From positions 1 through 41,250 of the IMG/VR virus record IMGVR_UViG_3300020057_000067: a stretch of DNA of 41,250 nucleotides, one strand, 5' to 3'. The notes beneath the pieces are model-generated. The model did no database searches, was not told the origin of the DNA, and saw only the letters and a list, made by a program, of their open reading frames with translations. The position numbers and the translations under genes are program-made. Position 1 is the first letter of the stretch. Each line of letters starts with the position of its first letter. Positions 25,939 through 34,657 of this stretch are shown one piece after another. This DNA is from a virus. Lineage: Duplodnaviria > Caudoviricetes.

Positions 25939-26487
25939 GTGAGGCCCGGAGCCGAACGCTACGCCGATATGCCTGCCGTCGCGCAGTTCGCCGGTCGCCT
26001 CGCCGCCATGAAAGCCTTTCGCGGCGTCAAATGGCAGGACATCGCCGACGCCGCAGGACTCGACCGCAACACCATCCACAGCATCCGAAAGAAGATGACC
26101 GTCCCGAAGCTCGACACAGCGCAGCGCATCGCGGACTACCTCGAAGCGCCCGGGCTGTATGACGCGTTGGTCGAGATCCGGACGCTGACATGCGAGGGCT
26201 GCGGCGTCGGCTTCCTGGTGCCCACGGGATCACTGGTGGGCAAGCAACGCCGACGCTTCTGCTCCGCTGCCTGCCAGCAGCGCGGCGTGGCGACGCTCAC
26301 CAAGCACCTGACTTTGCGCCGCGCGCTGTTCCAGCTCGATGTGAGCGACGGGATGCTATTTCAACACCGCTCGTTGGTGGCGGCGTTCTGTCGCCGCTGT
26401 TCCGGTGAGGAGTGTGGTGAGACGAGCTGCGAGCTGTTCAGCGTGACACCGCTGCGCAAGATCGTGGCAAAGAAGGCAGTGGCATGA
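25939..26487 (+). CDS. XRE-type HTH protein with Cys clusters
   Basis: WQDIADAAGLDRNTIHSIR..PKLDTAQRIADYL; CEGC, FCSAAC and CRRC. Confidence 0.75.
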   Translation: MRPGAERYADMPAVAQFAGRLAAMKAFRGVKWQDIADAAGLDRNTIHSIRKKMTVPKLDTAQRIADYLEAPGLYDALVEIRTLTCEGCGVGFLVPTGSLVGKQRRRFCSAACQQRGVATLTKHLTLRRALFQLDVSDGMLFQHRSLVAAFCRRCSGEECGETSCELFSVTPLRKIVAKKAVA

Positions 26488-26759
26488 ACCTGGTCCACGC
26501 CATCCTCGGACCTTGCCGCTGCCAGGGATGCGGCGAGACGGTCTGCTGGATCAGAGACGAGGACGATCGGCTAACGCTGATGGGAGCCGGTGGCGGACTC
26601 CACGAATGTCGCTGGCTAGAACGCCCGTTCGATATCCACAGCCCGACCTCACGCTCAGACAAGCGCGAGGGGAGTTCGTGGACAGACACCTTGCGAGTCG
26701 TAGATGAGACCCCCGACACTGGGAGTGTTCAAGCCACCAGTACCGGAGGTCCATCGTGA
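26484..26759 (+). CDS. Hypothetical protein
   Basis: Coupled start; CQGCGETV...HEC. Confidence 0.45.
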   Translation: MNLVHAILGPCRCQGCGETVCWIRDEDDRLTLMGAGGGLHECRWLERPFDIHSPTSRSDKREGSSWTDTLRVVDETPDTGSVQATSTGGPS

Positions 26760-26962
26760 CCGTACACCAACCAGCGCGAGTGGATGTGCGACGTAGAGAA
26801 GCGGTGTCTGAAGTGCTTGGCCTGGTGGCCGAACGACCTGGAGTCCTACCACCGCGAGTCCGCCGCTACACGGCGTGCTGTGGCACGCTCGACCTCGGTG
26901 ACTCATGGCATGGGGGCCGCCCGGTCCAGTGTCTCTGTGGATGGAAGGGTCGGGTGAAGTGA
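26756..26962 (+). CDS. Hypothetical protein
   Basis: GGAGG RBS; GTGA coupling at both ends. Confidence 0.45.
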   Translation: MTVHQPARVDVRRREAVSEVLGLVAERPGVLPPRVRRYTACCGTLDLGDSWHGGRPVQCLCGWKGRVK

Positions 26963-27741
26963 CCGACCGCCCGTACTCACGCATCTATCACGAGCTGGCC
27001 GAAGACTACCCAGAGGTCTACGACGGCCCGCTGCTGGCTGATTACACCCGCTTGCTCGTGGCGGCTGACCAGGCGTACCCGACCCGGGCCAGATGGGCCG
27101 GCTACACCACGAGGAAGGCCATCACGAGGCTGGAACAGATCGGCCTTGCGACTCTCGACGGTGCCCGGTACACCCTTCGCGGAATCGATAAGGAGCGGGC
27201 AGAGAGAAGTGCCAAGGCAAGCCGAGCGGCACGCTCTCGCCATGCTAGTAGCACTGCTACTAGCAGTGCTACTAGCAGTGCTACTAGCAGTCCCCGTAGC
27301 ACTGCTACGACAGTTGCACGTCAACTGCCTAGACGAGACGAGACGAGACAAGACGAGACGAGACGAGACAACGGGCGCGCGACCGATGAGGATGCCGTCG
27401 ATGACTACTTCCGGCTCACCGGGAGGGCACCCAAAGCCACCGTCATGGCGTGGCTCGATCGTCTCGTCACAGACCACGGCGACGACGCCCTCCGCTCCGC
27501 GATGGCCGGGGCGTGGCAGGAGGACCCCAACGTCACCGACTTCCTGGGCCGCGTCGAAGCTCGCTGCGTCTCGGCGTCCCGGCAGAGCGCCAGGGCATCG
27601 AAGGAGCGCGCCGCCAGTTCGGAGCTGGAGCACCAACGCCGGGAGCTGGTGCTCATGGAGTCCATGCCCGAAGAGCAGCGCACCGCGAACATGCAGCGCC
27701 TCGGCTCGATGCTCGCCGACAGCGGGCTGCTGGCCAAGTGA
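26959..27741 (+). CDS. Putative replication initiator
   Basis: N-terminal domain, then a low-complexity linker built from DNA repeats (SSAT repeats, RRDET), then a helical C-terminal domain; lambda O-like layout. Confidence 0.7.
   Translation: MTDRPYSRIYHELAEDYPEVYDGPLLADYTRLLVAADQAYPTRARWAGYTTRKAITRLEQIGLATLDGARYTLRGIDKERAERSAKASRAARSRHASSTATSSATSSATSSPRSTATTVARQLPRRDETRQDETRRDNGRATDEDAVDDYFRLTGRAPKATVMAWLDRLVTDHGDDALRSAMAGAWQEDPNVTDFLGRVEARCVSASRQSARASKERAASSELEHQRRELVLMESMPEEQRTANMQRLGSMLADSGLLAK
27243..27370. repeat. Iteron-like repeats (putative replication origin)
   Basis: TGCTAGTAGCAC then (TGCTACTAGCAG)x3 at 27255-27290; eight AGACG/AGACA pentamers at 27331-27370. Confidence 0.75.
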
Positions 27742-28295
27742 GAGTCCTCATCGCCTGCGAGTTCAGCGGCGTCGTGCGCGATGCGTTCCGCGCTCGTGGG
27801 CACGTTGCTCTGAGTGTCGATCTTCTGCCGACCGAACAGCCGGGGCCGCACATCGAAGGCGACGTGCTCAGGTTCATCGATGACGGGTGGGACCTGATGA
27901 TCGCCCATCCTCCCTGCACCGACATCGCCGTCAGCGGCGCCCGTTGGTTCCCCGCGAAGCGTGCGGACGGACGCCAGGGGCGAGCACTGGCATTCGTGCA
28001 GTCTCTGCTCGATGCGCCTATCCCGCGTATCGCGCTGGAGAACCCGGTAAGCATCATCAGCAGCGCGATACGCAAGCCAGACCAGATCATCCAACCGTGG
28101 CAGTTCGGCCACGGTGAGACGAAGGCAACGTGTCTCTGGCTCAAGGGTCTGCCTCCGCTGGTGCCCACGGATATCGTGGTTGGCAGGGAGGCCCGAGTAC
28201 ACCGGATGGCGCCCGGTCCTGACCGATGGCGCGAGCGCAGCCGCACCCTGCCCGGTATCGCCGCAGCGATGGCAGAGCAATGGGGGTTGCTGTGA
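27738..28295 (+). CDS. Short DNA cytosine-C5 methyltransferase-like protein
   Basis: GTG start; VLIACEFSG, WDLMIAHPPCT, ALENPV and KATCLWLKGLP. Confidence 0.8.
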   Translation: MRVLIACEFSGVVRDAFRARGHVALSVDLLPTEQPGPHIEGDVLRFIDDGWDLMIAHPPCTDIAVSGARWFPAKRADGRQGRALAFVQSLLDAPIPRIALENPVSIISSAIRKPDQIIQPWQFGHGETKATCLWLKGLPPLVPTDIVVGREARVHRMAPGPDRWRERSRTLPGIAAAMAEQWGLL

Positions 28296-28597
28296 GCGTC
28301 GGAGAGATGCGACAGACGGTGCTGCTCCGGGACAAGCGCTGCGTGGCCGCGCTGGTGGACCCGGCCGCCGGAGTGTGCTTCGACGAATGGGGCCACGAGT
28401 GCAGCCCGTGGGACATGAGCCGACTCGAAGCCGACTACGTCCGTCACGGCGCCATCGGAGCTCGCCACGTCCTGCCCGAGGACCACATCGCCCTTTGTGC
28501 CGGACACCATCGTGGGACAGGTCCACAGGCGGGTCGAATCTGGGCCACGTCGCATCGTCGTGAGCTGCGGGACCGACTCGCCGGGGTGCGACGATGA
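28292..28597 (+). CDS. Degenerate HNH-like protein
   Basis: RQTVLLRDKRCV...C...LEADYV...IALCAGHH. Confidence 0.45.
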   Translation: MSVGEMRQTVLLRDKRCVAALVDPAAGVCFDEWGHECSPWDMSRLEADYVRHGAIGARHVLPEDHIALCAGHHRGTGPQAGRIWATSHRRELRDRLAGVRR

Positions 28598-31221
28598 TCG
28601 TCCACGGCGACTGCGTCGAGGTCATGGCGGGCATGGAGCCTGACAGCATCGACGCCATCGTGACGGACCCGCCGTACGGGTTGGAGTTCATGGGCAAGGA
28701 ATGGGACCGGCTGGACGGTGCAGGCTTCCACGCGCCGAAGGACGAGGGCCGGACGTTTACCAACGACAGCGGCCACATGTACGACAACCTCAAGGCGCTT
28801 CCGCGCTTCGGCCATGCCGCTCATATGCAGCAATGGCACCAACGCTGGGCCACCGAAGCCCTGCGCGTAGCCAAGCCCGGCGCCTACCTGCTCGCGTTCG
28901 GTGGCACCAGGACGGTCCATCGCCTCACCGTGGCGCTGGAGGACGCCGGCTGGATCATCAGGGACATGCTCGTGTGGGCGTACGCGTGCCTGTCCGACGA
29001 TACGGAAGTGCTCACGTCTGATGGGTGGGTACGGTACAATAGCGCCAGTGAAGGACAACTCGCAGCAGCGTTCGACCCGACCACCGGAGCCATCCGGTGG
29101 GAGCCCATCGAGCACGTCCACCGATACCACCACGAAGGCGACATGGTGGAAGTCGGCCCGTCGCTGGTCACGCTCAACCACCGGGTCGTCCTAGATGCCG
29201 CGGATCGTGTACCACTTCCCGGTGACGCGGACCTGCGTGGCCTGTGGGGCCGAGTTCCCGACATGGGACAGGTACCAGGCGACACGAGCGAAGTCGTGCT
29301 CGACCGTGTGCCGGTCGGCTCTGCTGTCGCAGGGGCGAACGGGGAAACTCAAGCCGATGGCCGACCGCAAGGGCCGGCTCATCCGCTGCGCGGTCTGCGA
29401 GACGGAAGTCTGGAAGCCGGACGCATGGCTGCGATCGGTCGCCGCGCCGACATGCTCCCGGTCGTGCAACGGCAAGCTGCGGGCGGCGGCGCTGGTGGCG
29501 GCTCCACGTCCCGAGTGGACCCCGGAGCGCCGCGAGGCTGGCCGGGTGCGCATGACCGGCCCGAACAATCCCGCCTGGAAGGGCGGCGTCACCGTGTTCA
29601 AGAAGCATGGGAACTACTCGGGCGTCCGGTACGTGCGCTCGCCGGAGTGGGCGCGTCCGATGGCACGCGGGGATGGCTACGTGATGGAGCACCGGCTGGT
29701 GATGGCATCGGCCTGCGGCTTCCTGATGACGCGCACCGAGGTCGTGAATCACGAGAACCACGTCCCGTCCGACAATCGACTGGACAACCTGACCATGTGG
29801 CCCGACAACCGGACGCACAAGCTCTACGAGTGGGGGAAGTGCCCGCTGGGGACAGCGAACCGGACACGGTACGCACCGTCCCGTATGTCGGAACCGTCTG
29901 GTGCATCACCGTCCCCAGCGGGGCCTTCGTAGCCCGTCGCAACGGCGTCGTGTTCGTCACCGGCAACAGCGGCTTTCCGAAGTCCAAGAGCAGCCTCAAA
30001 CCAGCCCACGAGCCGATAGTCCTTGCGAGGAAGCCGGGACCGTTGCAGCCGTTGCGCATCGACGAGTGCCGGATCCCCGTGAGCGATGACGACAGGCTCA
30101 ACGACGCCGTATACGTCCGCTCCGGCAAGAACAACAGCGCAGTCTACGGCGCCGATAGCCGCGAAGCAGGACGCTGGCTGATGGCAACCGTTGGCGGTCG
30201 CTGGCCTAGCAATCTAGTCCTCACAGACCCCGTCTTCGATGGCGGCTGGGATGGCGTAGTGGGCGGGGGGAACGCTGGTGGCGGCTACGGCGTGCGAGGT
30301 GGCGGTGGAGATGGGGCGTGGAACCCTACCGACCGCGACAAGTCGCCGGGCCAAACGATAAGGGGCGGCGGCGAGGCTGTCGGCTACGGCGACACCGGCA
30401 CCTACTCACGTTTCTTTCTTGTGCCGAAGGCGTCACGGCGAGACAGGGAACCGGACGTGCCGGGTGCGCTGGAAACCACACACTGCACCTGTGAAACTGT
30501 TAAACTAGGGGCATGGGAAAACGAGGGCCTAAGCCAGCCCGACCAGACGGCTTCCACGTCACAGCCAAGGGCTATCTCCGGGGCAACGTCGAGGGACGGC
30601 TTCGACTCGCTCATGTCGTCGAATGGGAGCGGCACTTCGGACCCGTCCCACCCGGACAGCATGTCCACCACATCAACGGCGACAAACAAGACAACCGGAT
30701 CGAGAACCTCCAGGCCGTCGATACCGTCACCCACAAACGGCTCCACTCTGGCTCGAAGCTCATCGATGGCGAGTGGTGGAAACAGTGCTCCATCTGTAGC
30801 CTCTTCCGACCGCTTGACCTCGAATGGTGGTACTTCTCAGCCGAAGGCTGGCCCCTCTACGGACGATGCCGCCCCTGCCATATCAGGCGCGTCGTCGAGT
30901 CCAAGCGTCTGCGCAAGCTGCGGGCTGCCTCCGCTTCGTGACCAGGAAGGCGGTGATGCTGGTCGGCGTGGACGTGTGAACGTCCACCCGACCCAAGCCG
31001 TGAAGCCCACCGCGCTAATGCGCCATCTCATCCGCCTCGTGACACCGCAGGACGGCACCATCCTCGACCCATTTCTCGGCAGCGGCACTACCGCCAAGGC
31101 CGCGACGCTGGAAGGCATCAAGTGGGTCGGCATCGAACGCGAGGCCGAGTACATCGCCATCGCGGAGCAACGTCTTGTGGGCCTGGTGCCCGAACCAGTG
31201 CAGATGGGGCTGACGGCATGA
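28594..31221 (+). CDS. DNA N6-adenine/N4-cytosine methyltransferase with an intein and a second insertion
   Basis: HGDC, IVTDPPY, LKPAHEPI, HPT..VKP and LDPFLGSGTT motifs, interrupted by two large insertions. Confidence 0.9.
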   Translation: MIVHGDCVEVMAGMEPDSIDAIVTDPPYGLEFMGKEWDRLDGAGFHAPKDEGRTFTNDSGHMYDNLKALPRFGHAAHMQQWHQRWATEALRVAKPGAYLLAFGGTRTVHRLTVALEDAGWIIRDMLVWAYACLSDDTEVLTSDGWVRYNSASEGQLAAAFDPTTGAIRWEPIEHVHRYHHEGDMVEVGPSLVTLNHRVVLDAADRVPLPGDADLRGLWGRVPDMGQVPGDTSEVVLDRVPVGSAVAGANGETQADGRPQGPAHPLRGLRDGSLEAGRMAAIGRRADMLPVVQRQAAGGGAGGGSTSRVDPGAPRGWPGAHDRPEQSRLEGRRHRVQEAWELLGRPVRALAGVGASDGTRGWLRDGAPAGDGIGLRLPDDAHRGRESREPRPVRQSTGQPDHVARQPDAQALRVGEVPAGDSEPDTVRTVPYVGTVWCITVPSGAFVARRNGVVFVTGNSGFPKSKSSLKPAHEPIVLARKPGPLQPLRIDECRIPVSDDDRLNDAVYVRSGKNNSAVYGADSREAGRWLMATVGGRWPSNLVLTDPVFDGGWDGVVGGGNAGGGYGVRGGGGDGAWNPTDRDKSPGQTIRGGGEAVGYGDTGTYSRFFLVPKASRRDREPDVPGALETTHCTCETVKLGAWENEGLSQPDQTASTSQPRAISGATSRDGFDSLMSSNGSGTSDPSHPDSMSTTSTATNKTTGSRTSRPSIPSPTNGSTLARSSSMASGGNSAPSVASSDRLTSNGGTSQPKAGPSTDDAAPAISGASSSPSVCASCGLPPLRDQEGGDAGRRGRVNVHPTQAVKPTALMRHLIRLVTPQDGTILDPFLGSGTTAKAATLEGIKWVGIEREAEYIAIAEQRLVGLVPEPVQMGLTA
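28987..29967 (+). mobile_element. Intein (327 aa) in the methyltransferase
   Basis: WAYA|CLSDDTEVLTSDGW (block A), VTLNHRV (block B), YVGTVWCITVPSGAFVARRNGVVFVTGN|SGFPKS (blocks F/G, +1 Ser). Confidence 0.92.
29195..29932 (+). CDS. HNH homing endonuclease in the +1 frame inside the intein
   Basis: CVAC/CSTVC and CAVC/CSRSC zinc fingers; GPNNPAWKGG; GYVMEHRLVM...EVVNHENHVPSDNRLDNL. Confidence 0.85.
   Translation: MPRIVYHFPVTRTCVACGAEFPTWDRYQATRAKSCSTVCRSALLSQGRTGKLKPMADRKGRLIRCAVCETEVWKPDAWLRSVAAPTCSRSCNGKLRAAALVAAPRPEWTPERREAGRVRMTGPNNPAWKGGVTVFKKHGNYSGVRYVRSPEWARPMARGDGYVMEHRLVMASACGFLMTRTEVVNHENHVPSDNRLDNLTMWPDNRTHKLYEWGKCPLGTANRTRYAPSRMSEPSGASPSPAGPS
30513..30941 (+). CDS. Second HNH endonuclease in the -1 frame inside the methyltransferase
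   Basis: KGYLR...LAHVVEWERHFGPVPPGQHVHHINGDKQDNRIENL...HKRLH; C-terminal CSIC...CRPC. Confidence 0.88.
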   Translation: MGKRGPKPARPDGFHVTAKGYLRGNVEGRLRLAHVVEWERHFGPVPPGQHVHHINGDKQDNRIENLQAVDTVTHKRLHSGSKLIDGEWWKQCSICSLFRPLDLEWWYFSAEGWPLYGRCRPCHIRRVVESKRLRKLRAASAS

Positions 31222-31243
31222 TCGCGATGCAGCGGAGGGCGAG

Positions 31244-31933
31244 ATGACCCCCTACTACTCCGACGCCTACGTGACGCTGTACCACGGCGACGGGCGGTCC
31301 GTTCGGGATATCGAGGGACTTGTAGTGACGGACCCGCCCTATAACATCGGCTTCGATTATGGCCGTGGCGGGTACTTGGACCAACTGTCTACTGGCGAAT
31401 ACGCGGAGCTGATAGCAGCGACATGTCGCCCGCCCAGCGTGGTCATCCACTACGCCGAGGCGATGTTTCCGCTGGCTGATGCTATCGGGCAAGCACCCGA
31501 GCGGTGTGTGGCGTGGGTCTATAACGGGCATTTGACGTCGCGTCAGTGGCGCTTGGTGTCGTGGTTCGGCTGCTCGCCCGACCTCGCCCTAGTCAAGCAG
31601 CCATACAAGAACCCGACCGATAAGCGGGTGGCCGCGCTCATCGAGTCTGGCTCTGACGGTCGCCCGGTCTATGACTGGTGGCACTTCGACCAAGTCAAGA
31701 ACGTGTCCGCAGACAAGACAGCTCACCCCTGCCCGGTGCCTCGTCCGCTGGTGCGGCGCATCCTGGAAGTTACGCCGGCCGCGCTCGTCCTCGACCCGTT
31801 CACAGGCAGCGGCACGACGCTTCGAGCGGCTAAGGACATCGGACGCGAGGCCATCGGGTACGAGACCGATGAGCGATGGGTGTCTATCGCGGCTCGTGTT
31901 CTCGGCCAAGAAGTGCTGGGGCTGACGGCATGA
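31244..31933 (+). CDS. DNA N6/N4 methyltransferase
   Basis: VTDPPYN, HPCPVP and LDPFTGSGTT. Confidence 0.9.
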   Translation: MTPYYSDAYVTLYHGDGRSVRDIEGLVVTDPPYNIGFDYGRGGYLDQLSTGEYAELIAATCRPPSVVIHYAEAMFPLADAIGQAPERCVAWVYNGHLTSRQWRLVSWFGCSPDLALVKQPYKNPTDKRVAALIESGSDGRPVYDWWHFDQVKNVSADKTAHPCPVPRPLVRRILEVTPAALVLDPFTGSGTTLRAAKDIGREAIGYETDERWVSIAARVLGQEVLGLTA

Positions 31934-32721
31934 CCGAGCACACCCACGCCTACACCCTGAGCTGGACCGAGGCAAGGCTGGTCGAAGCGCTCAAGAGTCG
32001 CTACGGCGAGAACGAGTGGGCGATGATGACTCAAGTCCGCCAGGGAGCTGGCTGGAACAAGCGGACATTTGACGCCATCGCCATCGGGCTGTGGGGCAGC
32101 CGCGGCCATCCGGTCCATGGCTTCGAGTGCAAGACATCGCGGTCCGACTGGAGTCGCGAGCTGGCCAAGCCCGAGAAGGCTGACCCGTTGGCCGCGTTCT
32201 GTACGTACTGGTGGGTCGTAGCCCCGAAGAGCATCGTTGACCCGCTGTCGCTGCCTCTCGGGTGGGGTCTGCTGGAGGCATGGGACAACGGCACCGTTCA
32301 CACCATCGCTGAGGCCGAGAGGCGCGACCCGGAGCCATTCACCCGCGGCTTTGTCGCCCAAGTGCTCAAACGGGCACTCGCCGCCGACCCGAACTTACGG
32401 GCGGTTCGTGAGGCCACGAAGAAGGGCTATGACCGTGGCATCTCCGAGATGGATAGCCGCCTCGAGACCGAGCGCGCATCGGCCGAGCGCGCGCGGCAGC
32501 GTGTTCGTGACATCGAGGCCGCAGCGGGGCTGCGACTCGACGGTGCCGGTCATGAGACGCTGCGCAAGTACGGCGACACCATCCGCCGAGTGGTAGAGGC
32601 CGAGGGTCGGGGCTTCGATACGCCGTTCTCGTGGCTCGAAAATGCCCGCAGACAGGCGCAGAAGTTCATCGATCGCACCGCGGATATCGCCGTGGTGACC
32701 CACCGAGATGACGCGGCATGA
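31930..32721 (+). CDS. MmcB-like PD-(D/E)XK protein
   Basis: RTFDAIAIGLWGSRG..HGFECKTSRSDWSREL..PEKA...WWVVAP. Confidence 0.7.
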   Translation: MTEHTHAYTLSWTEARLVEALKSRYGENEWAMMTQVRQGAGWNKRTFDAIAIGLWGSRGHPVHGFECKTSRSDWSRELAKPEKADPLAAFCTYWWVVAPKSIVDPLSLPLGWGLLEAWDNGTVHTIAEAERRDPEPFTRGFVAQVLKRALAADPNLRAVREATKKGYDRGISEMDSRLETERASAERARQRVRDIEAAAGLRLDGAGHETLRKYGDTIRRVVEAEGRGFDTPFSWLENARRQAQKFIDRTADIAVVTHRDDAA

Positions 32722-32900
32722 TCGAGCACATCCACGCCTTCACCCTCCCTCCCCGGACCGCGAGTGTCGAACTCGGTGACTTCCGCCGACGCTGCGCCGT
32801 CGATGGCTGCGTGGCGCGAGAGCACGTCCATCAGTGGCACGCTGGCGAATGGCCGGACCACGGGACCATCGAGCTGTGCGACTGCGGGGAGACGCGATGA
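32718..32900 (+). CDS. Small His/Cys-rich protein
   Basis: Coupled start; EHIHAF and EHVHQW repeated; CDCGE. Confidence 0.5.
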   Translation: MIEHIHAFTLPPRTASVELGDFRRRCAVDGCVAREHVHQWHAGEWPDHGTIELCDCGETR

Positions 32901-33541
32901 CCCCCTACTACTCCGACGCCTACGTGACGCTGTACCACGGCGACTGTCGTGAGCTGCTGCCGAGCATCGAGGCTGACGTGGTGGTCACTGACCCGCCGTA
33001 TGGGTATGCACATGCGAGCAACCGGGCAGATAGCGCATGGCGCGACGAGCCTATCGCTGGAGACGCTGACCTCGCGGCTCGCGATGACATGCTCGCGATG
33101 TGGAGCGGTCCTGCCATCGTGTTCGGACACTGCAAGACCGCCGCGCCCGCCGGGGCGAACGCCGTACTCGTGTGGGACAAAGGGCTAGCCTCTGGCATGG
33201 GCGACCTGGCTATGCCGTGGAAGCCCAACTGGGAGCACATCTACATCATCGGGCGGGGCTTTTCGGGCAGGCGTGACTCCGGTGTCATCACGGGGCATAC
33301 CGTCGTGACTTGGACGTCTAAGGGGCGCAGTCATCCAAACATGAAGCCCGTTTCCCTGATGGGCGACCTCATCGGGAAGTGCCCACAAGGCACCATCCTC
33401 GACCCCTTCGCAGGCTCCGGCTCCACCCTCGTGGCAGCCAAGTCGCTGAACCGCAAGGCCATCGGCATCGAGATCGAGGAACGCTACTGCGAAGTCGCAG
33501 CCACCCGCCTCCGTCAAGAAGTGCTGGGGCTGTCGGCATGA
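32897..33541 (+). CDS. DNA N6/N4 methyltransferase
   Basis: LYHGDC, VTDPPYG, HPNMKP and LDPFAGSGST. Confidence 0.92.
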   Translation: MTPYYSDAYVTLYHGDCRELLPSIEADVVVTDPPYGYAHASNRADSAWRDEPIAGDADLAARDDMLAMWSGPAIVFGHCKTAAPAGANAVLVWDKGLASGMGDLAMPWKPNWEHIYIIGRGFSGRRDSGVITGHTVVTWTSKGRSHPNMKPVSLMGDLIGKCPQGTILDPFAGSGSTLVAAKSLNRKAIGIEIEERYCEVAATRLRQEVLGLSA

Positions 33542-33975
33542 CCGAGTCAGTCAGCTTCACCGTCGCTGGCGTCGCCCGCCCACAGGGCAGCATGAGAGCC
33601 TTCGTCCGAGGTGACAAGGTGGTTATCACGAGCGCCACGAAGGGTCTCGATGAATGGCGTGACGCCATCGCATGGGAGGCGCGAGCAGTCACCAGCCAGA
33701 TGCTCGTTGGCCCGCTCCGGCTCGCCGCCACGTTCACCCTGCCCCGGCCTAAGTCCGACTTTCTGGCCGACGGATCGGTACGCCCTTCGGCCCGCCTACG
33801 CCACGACAAGCGCCCCGATCTCGACAAGCTGACCAGAGCACTTATGGATGCACTCACCGGGGTCGCGTATGCCGACGACTCGCAAGTCGCGGCCATCGAC
33901 GTCGCCAAGGTCTACGTCCAGCACATCACCGAGCAACCACAGGTGGATGTGTTCGTAATGCAGGAGGCGCGATGA
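33538..33975 (+). CDS. rusA: RusA-like Holliday junction resolvase
   Basis: GVARPQGS, KRPDLDKLTRALMDALT and ADDSQV. Confidence 0.9.
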   Translation: MTESVSFTVAGVARPQGSMRAFVRGDKVVITSATKGLDEWRDAIAWEARAVTSQMLVGPLRLAATFTLPRPKSDFLADGSVRPSARLRHDKRPDLDKLTRALMDALTGVAYADDSQVAAIDVAKVYVQHITEQPQVDVFVMQEAR

Positions 33976-34229
33976 CCGAGCTGGATGCCACCAGGGCTCT
34001 CGCTGCTGCCGAGGCCGACTATCGCTGTGCGCATGATGACCGCTCGGGCTATCACTCGGGAGAGTCGGGACTGCGCGGCGACCTCATCTTCGCCGGAGCA
34101 CCGCCAGATGTCATCGACAAGGTGCCGGGCTGGGTGCGAATCATCGAGCGCCAAGCCATCGAGTGCCTCCGTGAGCCGGACCGTCCACGCCCCGAGCCTC
34201 CGTATCCACGCCCCAAGGCCAAGCCATGA
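33972..34229 (+). CDS. Hypothetical protein
   Basis: GGAGG RBS; ATGA coupling. Confidence 0.55.
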   Translation: MTELDATRALAAAEADYRCAHDDRSGYHSGESGLRGDLIFAGAPPDVIDKVPGWVRIIERQAIECLREPDRPRPEPPYPRPKAKP

Positions 34230-34657
34230 CCGAGCTGGATGCCATCAGGGACCGCCACTATCGCTACATCGTCTTCACGGACGGGCGAGAGGTCTGCGCC
34301 TGCGAGCGGGTCTACCCCTGCGACACCGCCATCGTGCTCGACGCTCTCGCCCGCGAGACAGCCCGCGCCGAGCCAGCCACCGATGGGCATGAGGTCGACG
34401 CAGAGGTCGGAGCGATGAAGCTCGAAGATGTGCTGCGCAAAGCCCTGCGAGGCTGCGAAGTCGATGTCCTGCTCGCCACGCCCGAAGGTCGCGCCCTGAG
34501 TGCGCTGGTGGACGCCGCGGTGGAGTTGCAGCAGGACTGCGCTTGCTCCAACCATGACTCGGTCGGCAGGCCGATACCGGGCATTGCCGAGTGCGAGCAC
34601 TACGACCGGGCCGCCGATGCTGTCGATGCCTACCTCGCGCTCGGTGACGAGTCGTGA
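34226..34657 (+). CDS. Hypothetical protein(s), Cys-containing
   Basis: ATGA coupling; CACERVYPCDT. A second GGAG-ATG near 34415 may start a separate gene. Confidence 0.5.
   Translation: MTELDAIRDRHYRYIVFTDGREVCACERVYPCDTAIVLDALARETARAEPATDGHEVDAEVGAMKLEDVLRKALRGCEVDVLLATPEGRALSALVDAAVELQQDCACSNHDSVGRPIPGIAECEHYDRAADAVDAYLALGDES

Noticed and set aside
26665-26755. tRNA-like sequence around GTTCAAG
   Set aside because: The T-stem has only 3 bp and no acceptor or anticodon arm could be built.
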